Assembly: GCA_046735395.1 (NCBI GenBank)
Contig: JBJKQR010000045.1
Coordinates: 1 to 39,406, forward strand
DNA: 39,406 nucleotides
Origin: Fidelibacterota bacterium
GTDB taxonomy: Bacteria; Fidelibacterota; Fidelibacteria; Fidelibacterales; DSDE01
Direction of reading: 5' to 3'
Shown here: piece after piece, positions 10,442-19,408 of the stretch
Layout of the letters: each line of letters begins with the position of its first letter
Numbering within the stretch: position 1 is the first letter of the stretch
The notes under the pieces: model-generated
What the model was told of the DNA's origin: nothing
The model's input: only the letters and a program-made list of their open reading frames with translations
The model's database searches: none
Made by a program: the position numbers and the translations under genes

Positions 10442-10471
10442 TTGACTTTCTCCCTTCCTTCTCTTTAACTT
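10442..10471 (+). promoter_or_regulatory. Putative promoter of the porV operon (TTGACT-N18-TAACTT)
   Basis: TTG 10442-10444, 21 nt spacer, TAACTT 10466-10471; same geometry as other intergenic sites in the window. Confidence 0.55.
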
Positions 10472-10480
10472 CCGGCTAAA

Positions 10481-10591
10481 TTCAAGGAGTTGAACAGGAA
10501 TCATTTCGTTAAAGGTACGTTGAAAAGTGGGAAATGACACGGCACCTTTGGCGAACTGACGTACCGAACGCTGAAGGCGCGTCGGTTTTTT
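10481..10591 (+). promoter_or_regulatory. Structured 5' leader with terminator/antiterminator (attenuator- or riboswitch-like)
   Basis: 12-bp stem 10505-10516/10544-10555; competing helix 10514-10522/10557-10565; hairpin 10563-10586 followed by a T run to 10591. Confidence 0.5.
10563..10591 (+). terminator. Intrinsic terminator-like hairpin within the porV leader
   Basis: ACCGA-a-CGC tgaag GCG-cg-TCGGT followed by TTTTT. Confidence 0.5.
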
Positions 10592-10614
10592 GATTTTTAT
10601 GAGGAGAAAAAGAA

Positions 10615-11940
10615 ATGTTGAAGAAATTTTCCATACTGAGCATCCTGTTACTGGGATTCAGCCAGCTGACATTCGCTCAAGGTGAGGCCGGAGCTATATT
10701 TCTGTTGATCGCACCGGGTTCGCGTGCTGAAGGGATGGGCGAAGCTCAGGTGGCTGCACCCAACGATGTCTACGCGTCTTACTGGAATCCGGCCGGCCTG
10801 GCTGACATGAAACGCACTCAGCTCGGAGGTATGCATGTAAAATGGCTGCCCAATCTCGCTGATGATATGTATTATCTGTTCCTCACCGGATCTCATTATA
10901 TCCCCAATCTCGGAACCATCGGCGGACATATCATTTATCTGAATCTGGGGCAGCAGCAGAGAACCGATGAACAGGGCAATGATCTTGGAACCTTTGTCTC
11001 TTACATGATGGCGGGCACGGTTTCCTACGGAACGTCCCTGTCCGCGAATTCGTCCTTTGGCCTCAATGCAAAGATTGTCTACCAGATGCTGTCTCCCTAT
11101 GGAACGATTCAGGAAAAGGGGCGAGGCGATGCACTCAGTTTCGGATTTGATATAGGATATCTGAAACGGAATCTGTTATTCAACCGGGTTGATTTCGGGC
11201 TTATGGTTTCGAATTTGGGCCCCAAGGTTGCTTTCATCGATGTTGCTCAGGCCGACCCCATGCCCACCGATATGAAAATGGGACTGAATTTTCGCATCAG
11301 TGAGGATAAGAATAACAAATTATCCATCGTGACCGATGTGAATAAACTGCTGGTCGCATCTTATCCGGCCATGGATGCCAATGGAGACTATTATATTCAG
11401 GATAATGAAAAAGCCTATACGGATCCCTGGTTCAAGGCAATTTATACTTCATGGACGAATGATGTGGTGTACGCGGGAAATATTGATTTTGGACAGGATG
11501 ATCTGATCGGCGGTTACGATATCAATGGTGATAAGCAGGGCTGGTATACAGCTCTGGGCGATAAGGGCCCCGAATTCCAGTATGGTGACAATGTTGCTGA
11601 TTTCGGCTATGACGCAGACGGCTATCCCATCGGCTGGGGTGCCTATGATGAAAGCAGTAAAGACGGTACTCCGAAAAAGGAAGTCGGCAGCAAGAACACC
11701 GGCTCTTTTCAGAATGAAATTGACAGGATGATTTTTAATGTGGGCGCTGAATATGTTTACGGCGGTATTTTTGCAGTCCGCGCAGGCTACATCTATGATA
11801 AGTCCGGTGCGATTTCCAATCCCACCTTCGGATTCGGCCTGAATTATGCCAATTTCGGATTTGATTTCGGCTACACCAGCGGGAAACCGGGCCATCCTCT
11901 TACAAATACCATGCGTATCAGCCTGAAATATCAGTTTTAA
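10615..11940 (+). CDS. porV: PorV/PorQ-family outer-membrane beta-barrel (T9SS shuttle-like)
   Basis: Signal peptide, then GEAGAIFLLIAPGSRAEGMGEA...YWNPAGLA, WLPNL.DDMYY and C-terminal HPLTNTMRISLKYQF; GAGGAG RBS. Confidence 0.85.
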   Translation: MLKKFSILSILLLGFSQLTFAQGEAGAIFLLIAPGSRAEGMGEAQVAAPNDVYASYWNPAGLADMKRTQLGGMHVKWLPNLADDMYYLFLTGSHYIPNLGTIGGHIIYLNLGQQQRTDEQGNDLGTFVSYMMAGTVSYGTSLSANSSFGLNAKIVYQMLSPYGTIQEKGRGDALSFGFDIGYLKRNLLFNRVDFGLMVSNLGPKVAFIDVAQADPMPTDMKMGLNFRISEDKNNKLSIVTDVNKLLVASYPAMDANGDYYIQDNEKAYTDPWFKAIYTSWTNDVVYAGNIDFGQDDLIGGYDINGDKQGWYTALGDKGPEFQYGDNVADFGYDADGYPIGWGAYDESSKDGTPKKEVGSKNTGSFQNEIDRMIFNVGAEYVYGGIFAVRAGYIYDKSGAISNPTFGFGLNYANFGFDFGYTSGKPGHPLTNTMRISLKYQF

Positions 11941-11949
11941 GAGAGTAAT

Positions 11950-14841
11950 ATGAACCGACTACGATCCTGCATGATGATTTTCATCGTGGCAGCCGGGTTT
12001 GCTTACGGTTTCAGCCCCTATCAATCTGACCGCAGTACGGTTGCGGCGGTATTGCCGGGCAGCTATGACTGGCCGCTGCTGACTGTAGAATTTCAGGATG
12101 ACAATGATCTCTATACCACCGGACGCGGGCGTCTGCTGACGACCTGGGCCGATGTGGATACAACCGACACCCTGTATACCTTTGACGCGGTTCCTCATAA
12201 CGAGGCCTATTTTTGTTCACGCCTGGAAGGAATGGATACCTACTGGAATTCGGTGACAAAGGGACGGATCAGGATAAAAACCGGTTCAGCTCAGTATCTG
12301 GGACAGGTGAAGATGCCCCGGGCCATTCGCTATTATAATCCGGCGATCACACCGGACAGCGTGGATACGCGGCTGGCTGAGCTGGTCTATGTGTCCATAA
12401 AGACCTGGACAGATGCCGGGAATGTTCTCAGTTCCGTACCGGACGCGATTCTCATTTATCATGCCGGTGTGGGACAGGATTTTGATTTTTCAAATATTTA
12501 TGACGAAACGCCCTTCGATATCCCCTCCTTTTATTTCGATGACAGTTTTCTGAAGGAAAATCTTCCTGCCGATCACTATGACTATCTGAATGCACTGGGC
12601 CTGACACGCGGAGCCGTTCTGCCCGAAATGCAGAATCAGCTCGGAGTCAATATCGGCCTGCGCGGGACAGAGATGCTGCTCAGTGGTTTTCTCCTCGGGC
12701 TGCCGCCACTGTATGACACGGCTCAGGGCCGATCCTATGCCGGCATTTTTGCTCTGATGGATCAGGGCTCCAATAACGCGGCCGGCCTCGTGCCCATGTA
12801 TCCGTCAGCCTTTGAACGCATTCTCCTGGGAATGGAGACGCCGCAGCTGCTGCAGGAGGGACACTGTCGTATGCTCGCCGGTCAGAGCTACAAGCTTCCC
12901 ATTAACAGCAGTGAATACTTTCTGCTGGAAGTGCGCCGGAATGCCGGTGTCTTTCTGGATTCTCTGGTGGCGGCCAAACCATTGAAGACCTACGCGGATG
13001 CGCTTGAATTTTACGCGGACAGCAGCGATGCCTTTGATCTGGTGTACAGCTCCGACGGAACCCGGGTCGTCGGCGTCAGTGATTATAATGTGACGCTGCC
13101 GGGTAACGGGCTGCTCATCTGGCATGTGAATGATGCTTGGTCGGGGATACGGTCCTTCGGCGCAAATCCGAACGGCACCCTGCTGCCACTGCTGGATCTG
13201 GTTGAGGCTGATGGCGGTGATGATATCGGAAAGAATTATGGGATTCTCGCCGGGAATGTGAATCAGGGCTGGAAATACGATATGTGGTTTACCGACAATC
13301 CCGGCTATTTTGACAATAATCCTCATCGTTATAGTACGGACTGGTCGGATCTGACCCACCCGGACACCCGAAGTTTTGCAGGGGCTGAAACAGGGATTCA
13401 GTTCAATGATTTTTCCTTTACGCCGGACAGTGTAACGGCGGATATTTTTCTGTCCGGATCTCCCTTTCTGCGGAAAGATACGGACACCTACTGGATGATT
13501 CAGGGAAAAACCGGAGCAGACGAGGCCTTTATCGGCCTGAAGGATTCAAGCCTTGTTCGCAGCCGGGCCGCTGGCATCGAATCTCTTCTGGCTCTGAATG
13601 AGCCGGCAGATCCGGCAGTGGTTCGTCCGGTTCTGCTTGATTCTCTGACACTTCTGCTGGCCCGCATTCAGCAGGGATTTTTAACAATTGACAAGGTGGC
13701 TTTTGATACGGATGGAACGCGTCTGTCCACGTCAAATCTTGTTTCCGATTCGGTCTTTCCCGCAGACAGCCTTCTGGATCTGCGCAGCGTGGAAGATACT
13801 CTGTATATTCTCAGCCGTATTGCGGATGGGAAGCGCCTGTACCGGTTTGATGAAACCGGCGGCATGCAGCGCCTTGACACGGGGCATGATACTGATATCC
13901 GGGCCTTTGTTGTTCCGGATGGACAGATCCGGACCCTTCTGGCCACAGCTCTGCTTGACCCTGACTATTCGACCCTGGCAACGGCTCCCGCGGGCTGGAA
14001 ATTCGGGGGTGTGGCCGGCATCGGAGACAGTCTCCTTCTGTGGTATGATGAGGGGGGCTACTCCATTTTCCACGCGGGACAGACGGAGGCACTGACGGTG
14101 CTGCGTCCTGATATACAGATTACATCCGCTTTTCCCGTCTATGCCGATGGGGATGGCCGTTTTGATATTGCTGCCGTGGCAGAGATGAATGGCCTGGACG
14201 CTGTGGTTCTGCTTGATCAGTCAGGGCATCAGCTGACAGGCTGGCCTGTCTATGGGGAGTATTCTGATCTGCGCGCAGGGCGACAGGGTGATGATCTGAG
14301 ACTCTTTGCCCTGAACGCAAAGGGACAGATTCGCCAGTTTGATTCTGTCGGTCATCAACTTTCTTCTCTATTCTCAAGCTCACCCGATCCGGCGTCCTTT
14401 TTTCTGGCTCAGAGCGCTGACTCTGTGATGCTCGTGAGCAATGGCAATGTCTGGCCGACAGCCTGTGACTCCGCACCCTGGGCCTGTCTGCATGGAGATA
14501 TGGACGCTTCTGCCATGATGAACGAAGTCAGGACCGGCGCAGATGTGTCCGGCGATGACCTTATTCTCCATAACCTCATCTATAATTATCCCAACCCGGT
14601 GAATGGTGATCTGACACGTTTTCGCTATACGGCCGTCAACGCCGACCGGGTGGAGATCTTCATCTATGATTATGCCGGAAAGTTCGTGGAACATTTGCAG
14701 CAGATCCCGGTTAAAGGTCAGGTGAATGAAATCCTGTGGAAAACCGATGGGTTGGCTTCAGGAGTTTATATTGCCCGTGTCCGTCTCAGCGGTGCAGGCA
14801 CGACAAAACAGATAATCCTGAAACCGGCCGTAATAAAATAA
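11950..14841 (+). CDS. Secreted protein: degenerate M6 (immune inhibitor A-like) metallopeptidase domain, FG-GAP-like region, T9SS type A-like C-terminal sorting domain
   Basis: IYHAGVG, LGLPPLYDT, FALMDQGS, EYFLLEVR and GLLIWHV motifs; C-terminal IYNYPNP...IYDYAGK...LASGVYIARV; HExxH absent. Confidence 0.75.
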   Translation: MNRLRSCMMIFIVAAGFAYGFSPYQSDRSTVAAVLPGSYDWPLLTVEFQDDNDLYTTGRGRLLTTWADVDTTDTLYTFDAVPHNEAYFCSRLEGMDTYWNSVTKGRIRIKTGSAQYLGQVKMPRAIRYYNPAITPDSVDTRLAELVYVSIKTWTDAGNVLSSVPDAILIYHAGVGQDFDFSNIYDETPFDIPSFYFDDSFLKENLPADHYDYLNALGLTRGAVLPEMQNQLGVNIGLRGTEMLLSGFLLGLPPLYDTAQGRSYAGIFALMDQGSNNAAGLVPMYPSAFERILLGMETPQLLQEGHCRMLAGQSYKLPINSSEYFLLEVRRNAGVFLDSLVAAKPLKTYADALEFYADSSDAFDLVYSSDGTRVVGVSDYNVTLPGNGLLIWHVNDAWSGIRSFGANPNGTLLPLLDLVEADGGDDIGKNYGILAGNVNQGWKYDMWFTDNPGYFDNNPHRYSTDWSDLTHPDTRSFAGAETGIQFNDFSFTPDSVTADIFLSGSPFLRKDTDTYWMIQGKTGADEAFIGLKDSSLVRSRAAGIESLLALNEPADPAVVRPVLLDSLTLLLARIQQGFLTIDKVAFDTDGTRLSTSNLVSDSVFPADSLLDLRSVEDTLYILSRIADGKRLYRFDETGGMQRLDTGHDTDIRAFVVPDGQIRTLLATALLDPDYSTLATAPAGWKFGGVAGIGDSLLLWYDEGGYSIFHAGQTEALTVLRPDIQITSAFPVYADGDGRFDIAAVAEMNGLDAVVLLDQSGHQLTGWPVYGEYSDLRAGRQGDDLRLFALNAKGQIRQFDSVGHQLSSLFSSSPDPASFFLAQSADSVMLVSNGNVWPTACDSAPWACLHGDMDASAMMNEVRTGADVSGDDLILHNLIYNYPNPVNGDLTRFRYTAVNADRVEIFIYDYAGKFVEHLQQIPVKGQVNEILWKTDGLASGVYIARVRLSGAGTTKQIILKPAVIK

Positions 14842-17805
14842 ATGATGACTTCAAAATTTCAGCGTCCTTCCTCACTTCTGCTTATCGCGCTTGCACTCCT
14901 GATCGGGATGCTTCCCGTCTCGCTTCGGTCTCAGAATCATCCTGAACTCAAATGGTATACCTTTGAATCAGAGCATTTCATTTTTCACTATCACGAAGGG
15001 ACGGAACGGTCGGCCCGCATGGCGCTCACGGTTTCCGAGGAGATATATCCCTACGTAACCGGACTCTATCAATGGGCTCCGAAGGAAAAAACGCAGATCA
15101 TTATCCAGGATACGGATGATTATGCCAATGGCGGCGCCTATTATTTCGATAATAAAATCGTACTCTGGGCTTCGCCGGCGGATTTTCTTCTGCGCGGCAA
15201 CCATAACTGGATGCGGAATGTGTTTACCCACGAATTTTCCCATATCGTCTCTCTGGGGAAGAGCATGCGCTTTCCCATCAATGTTCCGGCAGGCTTCATC
15301 CAGGTGCTGGACCGGGAAAAGCCGCTCCGCGACAATATCATTCTGGAATATCCCAGGGGCATCGGCGTATTCCCCATTTCCAATGTTCTCATCCCCATGT
15401 GGTTTGCGGAAGGAGCCGCCCAGTTCCAGGCAGACGGTGAACATAACGATTACTGGGATTCGGTCCGGGACATGATTCTCCGGTATCAGGCACTGAATTC
15501 GAAATTATATGACATTGACGAAATTGCTCATTTCGGGAAACGGATCACGGGAAATGAATCCGTGTACAACAGCGGGTTTTCCTTTGTGCGCTATCTGAGT
15601 CAGCGCTATGGTGAAAAATTTCTGAGCCGGCTCACCGAAACAGCGTCCGGTATAAAGATTCAGTCCTTCGAACGGGCTTTCCTGAAATGCGCTGGTGAAT
15701 CTCTCGACGATGTATACGATGACTATCGCCGGGATATGGAAAAACGCTACAGCCGGGATACGGAAATCATCCGCCGAAATCTGCGCAGCGGCCGCATCAC
15801 GGACGAGCCGGGGCCGGGGAATTTCAATGTGAGCTTCAGCCCGGACGGGACAATGTATGCCCTGTCGTCCTCCCGTAATCAGGATTATCTGGGGCAGACG
15901 GCTCTGTACCTGCACCGGGACGGAAAGACAAAAAAGATCAGCGGACGCACTCGGGGGCAGATTGCCTGGACTGCGGACGGAAAAGAGTTATATTTTGCCA
16001 AACAGGCGAATCCGGATATTTACGGCTCTATCTGGTATGATCTGGCCCGCTATGATATTGCGAAGGATAAGGAAACACGCCTGACCTTCGGAAAACGCGT
16101 CTACAGTGTCGCTGTCACACCGTCCGGCCGGATTTTTGTTATTCTGGTTCATGACGGAACCCATAACCTGGCGGAATATTTCCCGGACAGCGACAGCCTG
16201 AAGATGCTCACCGATTACCGGGATGGTGAGCAGATCTATTCCATGGCGGTGACACCGGATGATTCTCTCATTTATTTTGACATGGCCCTGACTTTCGGAC
16301 GGGATATTTACAGTCTGAATCTGCAGGATAACAGGGTTCGGGCGGAAGTCAGCGATCCCCGTTGTGATATCCGCACACCCTCTCTGAGCCCGGATGGCAG
16401 GACACTCTACTATTCCTCCGACAGGAGCGGGATTTTCAATCTGTACCGGCACGGGGAAGACAGGGACGACCTGCTGAGCAATGTGACCGGAGCCGCCTTT
16501 GATCCGGATGTGAAACCCGGCAGCGATTCTCTGTATTATACGCTCTATGATGACGGACAATTCAAACTGGCGGCCCTCTCCGCGGCGGACACTCCGGTGA
16601 ACGCGGATTCGGCACGCTATGAATCCTACCGTCAGCCTCAGGCGGCCTTTCAGCCCGATGCGCTCAAGTCCTATACGAGCAAACCCTATGAACAGACTTT
16701 TTCTCGATTGTTCTTCATGCCCTACGCCCTGCTCGATTACAATAAAATCAAACTGGGCACCGTTATCTATCAGTCAGAAATTCTGGATAAGTTCAATATG
16801 ACAGCGTCGGCAGCCGTGAATTCCATTCTGGATATGGATATCTACGGCCGGATAGACTATAACAAGCTGCTGCCCTCCATTTTTCTCGAAGGCTACTATG
16901 TATCCTACCATCTGGACAGCAAATCCGGAACGCTCTACGATTTCTATCCCGAGAAAAATACCTATTCCTTCTCACTCTGGGAAGCGGTTGCGGGAATGCA
17001 GTACCGCTGGTTCATGCATAATTTCCAGTTCGCCGTCAGTCATGATCAGTATTCCTCGACGGTGAATGTGAAACAGACCTTTCCCCGGCCTCAGCTATTT
17101 ACTTACAGTTACAGCTATTTCAAGGGAACACGGTACGAGTTCGATTATTCGGGAAATTTTACCGGCATCGACTGGCGGTCCAATATCAGCCCTCGCCGCG
17201 GATTCCGATATGATCTGAAAGTCGCCTGGGATGATAACAGATTCATCGACGGCTTCGGTATCAATGCCGATTTCGGTACTCTGGAAACCCTGTACAAGGA
17301 CAACAGCACCCTGCGGGGAGATCTGAACGCGGAGGCCTATATCCCCATTCCCGGTACAGAGACGTCTGCACTCGGGTTTCAGTTCAGCGGCGGATACCTG
17401 GAGAATACACATATCGACAGTTTCTTTCACTATTTCGGCGGAGGTATGCCGGGCCTGAAGGGATATCCCTATTATTCCATCGAAGGAACACGTCTTGGCG
17501 TATTGACCAGTCTCATCCGCTTTCCGCTGGTTAAAAAGATGAAACTGAATCTGCACCCCGTCTATTTCGATAAAATTTATCTCAGTCTCTATCATCAGGC
17601 CGGAGATGCCTGGCGTGGTGGCCCCGGAGATGCGAAGTTTAAGCAGGATGCAGGTGCGGAACTGCGTTTCGGCGGCTACAGTTATTATGCCTATCCGCTG
17701 GCGCTCAGCCTGGACGCGGTTTACGCGTTGAGCGAATTCAAATCCTACGACAAAACGCTGGGCAAGACCTGGCGATACTATGTCAAACTGTTGTTTGAAT
17801 TCTGA
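14842..17805 (+). CDS. Peptidase MA-like domain, TolB/PD40 beta-propeller and Omp85/BamA-like barrel fusion
   Basis: HEFSH (15229-15243) with WFAEG third ligand; FSPDG/LSPDG...SSDRSGIFNLY repeats; GG.PGLKGY loop; terminal F. Confidence 0.7.
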   Translation: MMTSKFQRPSSLLLIALALLIGMLPVSLRSQNHPELKWYTFESEHFIFHYHEGTERSARMALTVSEEIYPYVTGLYQWAPKEKTQIIIQDTDDYANGGAYYFDNKIVLWASPADFLLRGNHNWMRNVFTHEFSHIVSLGKSMRFPINVPAGFIQVLDREKPLRDNIILEYPRGIGVFPISNVLIPMWFAEGAAQFQADGEHNDYWDSVRDMILRYQALNSKLYDIDEIAHFGKRITGNESVYNSGFSFVRYLSQRYGEKFLSRLTETASGIKIQSFERAFLKCAGESLDDVYDDYRRDMEKRYSRDTEIIRRNLRSGRITDEPGPGNFNVSFSPDGTMYALSSSRNQDYLGQTALYLHRDGKTKKISGRTRGQIAWTADGKELYFAKQANPDIYGSIWYDLARYDIAKDKETRLTFGKRVYSVAVTPSGRIFVILVHDGTHNLAEYFPDSDSLKMLTDYRDGEQIYSMAVTPDDSLIYFDMALTFGRDIYSLNLQDNRVRAEVSDPRCDIRTPSLSPDGRTLYYSSDRSGIFNLYRHGEDRDDLLSNVTGAAFDPDVKPGSDSLYYTLYDDGQFKLAALSAADTPVNADSARYESYRQPQAAFQPDALKSYTSKPYEQTFSRLFFMPYALLDYNKIKLGTVIYQSEILDKFNMTASAAVNSILDMDIYGRIDYNKLLPSIFLEGYYVSYHLDSKSGTLYDFYPEKNTYSFSLWEAVAGMQYRWFMHNFQFAVSHDQYSSTVNVKQTFPRPQLFTYSYSYFKGTRYEFDYSGNFTGIDWRSNISPRRGFRYDLKVAWDDNRFIDGFGINADFGTLETLYKDNSTLRGDLNAEAYIPIPGTETSALGFQFSGGYLENTHIDSFFHYFGGGMPGLKGYPYYSIEGTRLGVLTSLIRFPLVKKMKLNLHPVYFDKIYLSLYHQAGDAWRGGPGDAKFKQDAGAELRFGGYSYYAYPLALSLDAVYALSEFKSYDKTLGKTWRYYVKLLFEF

Positions 17806-17815
17806 AAGGATTCAC

Positions 17816-18610
17816 ATGAAAAAAGCCATCTATGCACTGATTCTGATTTTTCTGGGTTCCGGCCTTTCCGCACAGGTACAGCCCCATATCAGGGTCAAAC
17901 GGGACGCGTCACCCTCCAAAGCGCTGCTCCTGTCTGCCGTACTCCCCGGCGCGGGACAGTTCTACAGCGGACACGCCAGGGCAGGATTCATATACTCGAC
18001 CGTTGAACTGGGCCTGATCGGATATGCCTACTGGAACCAGATGCGCGGAGACCGCGGTGTATCCGACTACACAGCCTGGGCTGATGCACACTGGGATGTG
18101 AAGATCTGGCTGGAAGGAAACCCGGATCCGGCCATCGACAATCCGGGATATTATGCCAATCTCACCGGCAATCCCAGGACTCATAATGTGAATCTCAAGG
18201 TTGATGGCGTCCGCTATACCTTTTCCGAATTCATTGAAAAATATCCGAACCGGGCCTCACTTCCGGATAATTACAGCATTGACGCGGAATATCATTACTA
18301 TGAAAATATCGGGAAATACAAACAGTTCAAGCAGGGCTGGGACGACTATGGTGCGGATCCTGACTTTGAGACACTCCGTCGGGCGTCTCCCGATCAGGAA
18401 CATTATTCGCTGATGAGGCAGGATGCCAATTCGTATCTGAAAATGGCCGAGTACATGAGCACCGCGATTATGTTCAATCATCTTGTTTCTGCAATAGATG
18501 CCATGGCCCGCGTTCATCGTGACGAGGCGCCCCGGGTGCAGGCTTCAGCATTTCCCGTCCTGTCCCGAGAGTGGACAGGAACAGTGTTTCAACTCAATGT
18601 AAACTTATAG
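17816..18610 (+). CDS. DUF5683-like exported/outer-membrane protein
   Basis: Signal peptide, SPSKALLLSAVLPGAGQFY, YYENIGKY.QF..GWDD, NHLVSAIDA. Start moved to ATG 17816 after AAGGA. Confidence 0.65.
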   Translation: MKKAIYALILIFLGSGLSAQVQPHIRVKRDASPSKALLLSAVLPGAGQFYSGHARAGFIYSTVELGLIGYAYWNQMRGDRGVSDYTAWADAHWDVKIWLEGNPDPAIDNPGYYANLTGNPRTHNVNLKVDGVRYTFSEFIEKYPNRASLPDNYSIDAEYHYYENIGKYKQFKQGWDDYGADPDFETLRRASPDQEHYSLMRQDANSYLKMAEYMSTAIMFNHLVSAIDAMARVHRDEAPRVQASAFPVLSREWTGTVFQLNVNL

Positions 18611-18617
18611 GATAACC

Positions 18618-19361
18618 GTGAAAAAAATACTTTCTACAGCCTTTATCGTTGGAATCATGCTGACTCTGACAGCAGGATGTTCGTCCTCGAAGGTGAATTA
18701 TGAAAACGATACGGTGGAAAATTTTCAGAAGGGTGTGGCGCTCTACAAATCAGAAAAATACTACAAAGCCATCGATTTCTTCACCTATGTCGTGTTTAAT
18801 TCACCGGGAAGCGAAATTGCCGATGATGCCCAGCTGTATCTGGGTGACTGCCATTACGGACTCAAGGAATATATTCTGGCCGTGGATGAATACAAACGGC
18901 TGATCAACCGCTGGCCCGCCAGTCCTCTCGTGGAGGATGCGCGCTACAAGACGGCCCAGGCCCTGTACAAACTGTCTCCCAATTATCAGCTTTACCAGAA
19001 TTATACCGAAGAAGCAATACAGGAATATCAATCCTTCATAGAGGATTACCCGGACAGCCGCTTCCGTCAGGATGCGGAAAATGCCATCCGTTCCCTCCGG
19101 CTGAAACTGGCCCGGAAAATATATGATGCGGGAACGCTCTATATGGTATTCAGGGAATGGAACGCGGCCATCATAACCTTTGAGGAAATTGAGAACAAAT
19201 ATTTTGATACGGAAATCATAGATCTGACCTATCTGAAGCTGGCTCAATGCCATAAAAATCTCGAGGAAAAGGACAAGGCTGATTATTATCTGAGCCTGAT
19301 CCGGGAAAAGAACCTGAAGAAAGCACAGGATAAGCTTCTGTACAGAACACTGAAGGACTGA
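18618..19361 (+). CDS. bamD: Outer-membrane protein assembly factor BamD
   Basis: Lipobox TAGC; TPRs DDAQLYLG, YKRLINRWPASP, FIEDYPDS, KLARK.YDAG..Y. Confidence 0.9.
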   Translation: MKKILSTAFIVGIMLTLTAGCSSSKVNYENDTVENFQKGVALYKSEKYYKAIDFFTYVVFNSPGSEIADDAQLYLGDCHYGLKEYILAVDEYKRLINRWPASPLVEDARYKTAQALYKLSPNYQLYQNYTEEAIQEYQSFIEDYPDSRFRQDAENAIRSLRLKLARKIYDAGTLYMVFREWNAAIITFEEIENKYFDTEIIDLTYLKLAQCHKNLEEKDKADYYLSLIREKNLKKAQDKLLYRTLKD

Positions 19362-19408
19362 CTTTTTCTGATGCCCGTCTGATGATTTACTGAAGATTGG
19401 AGCGAGTC

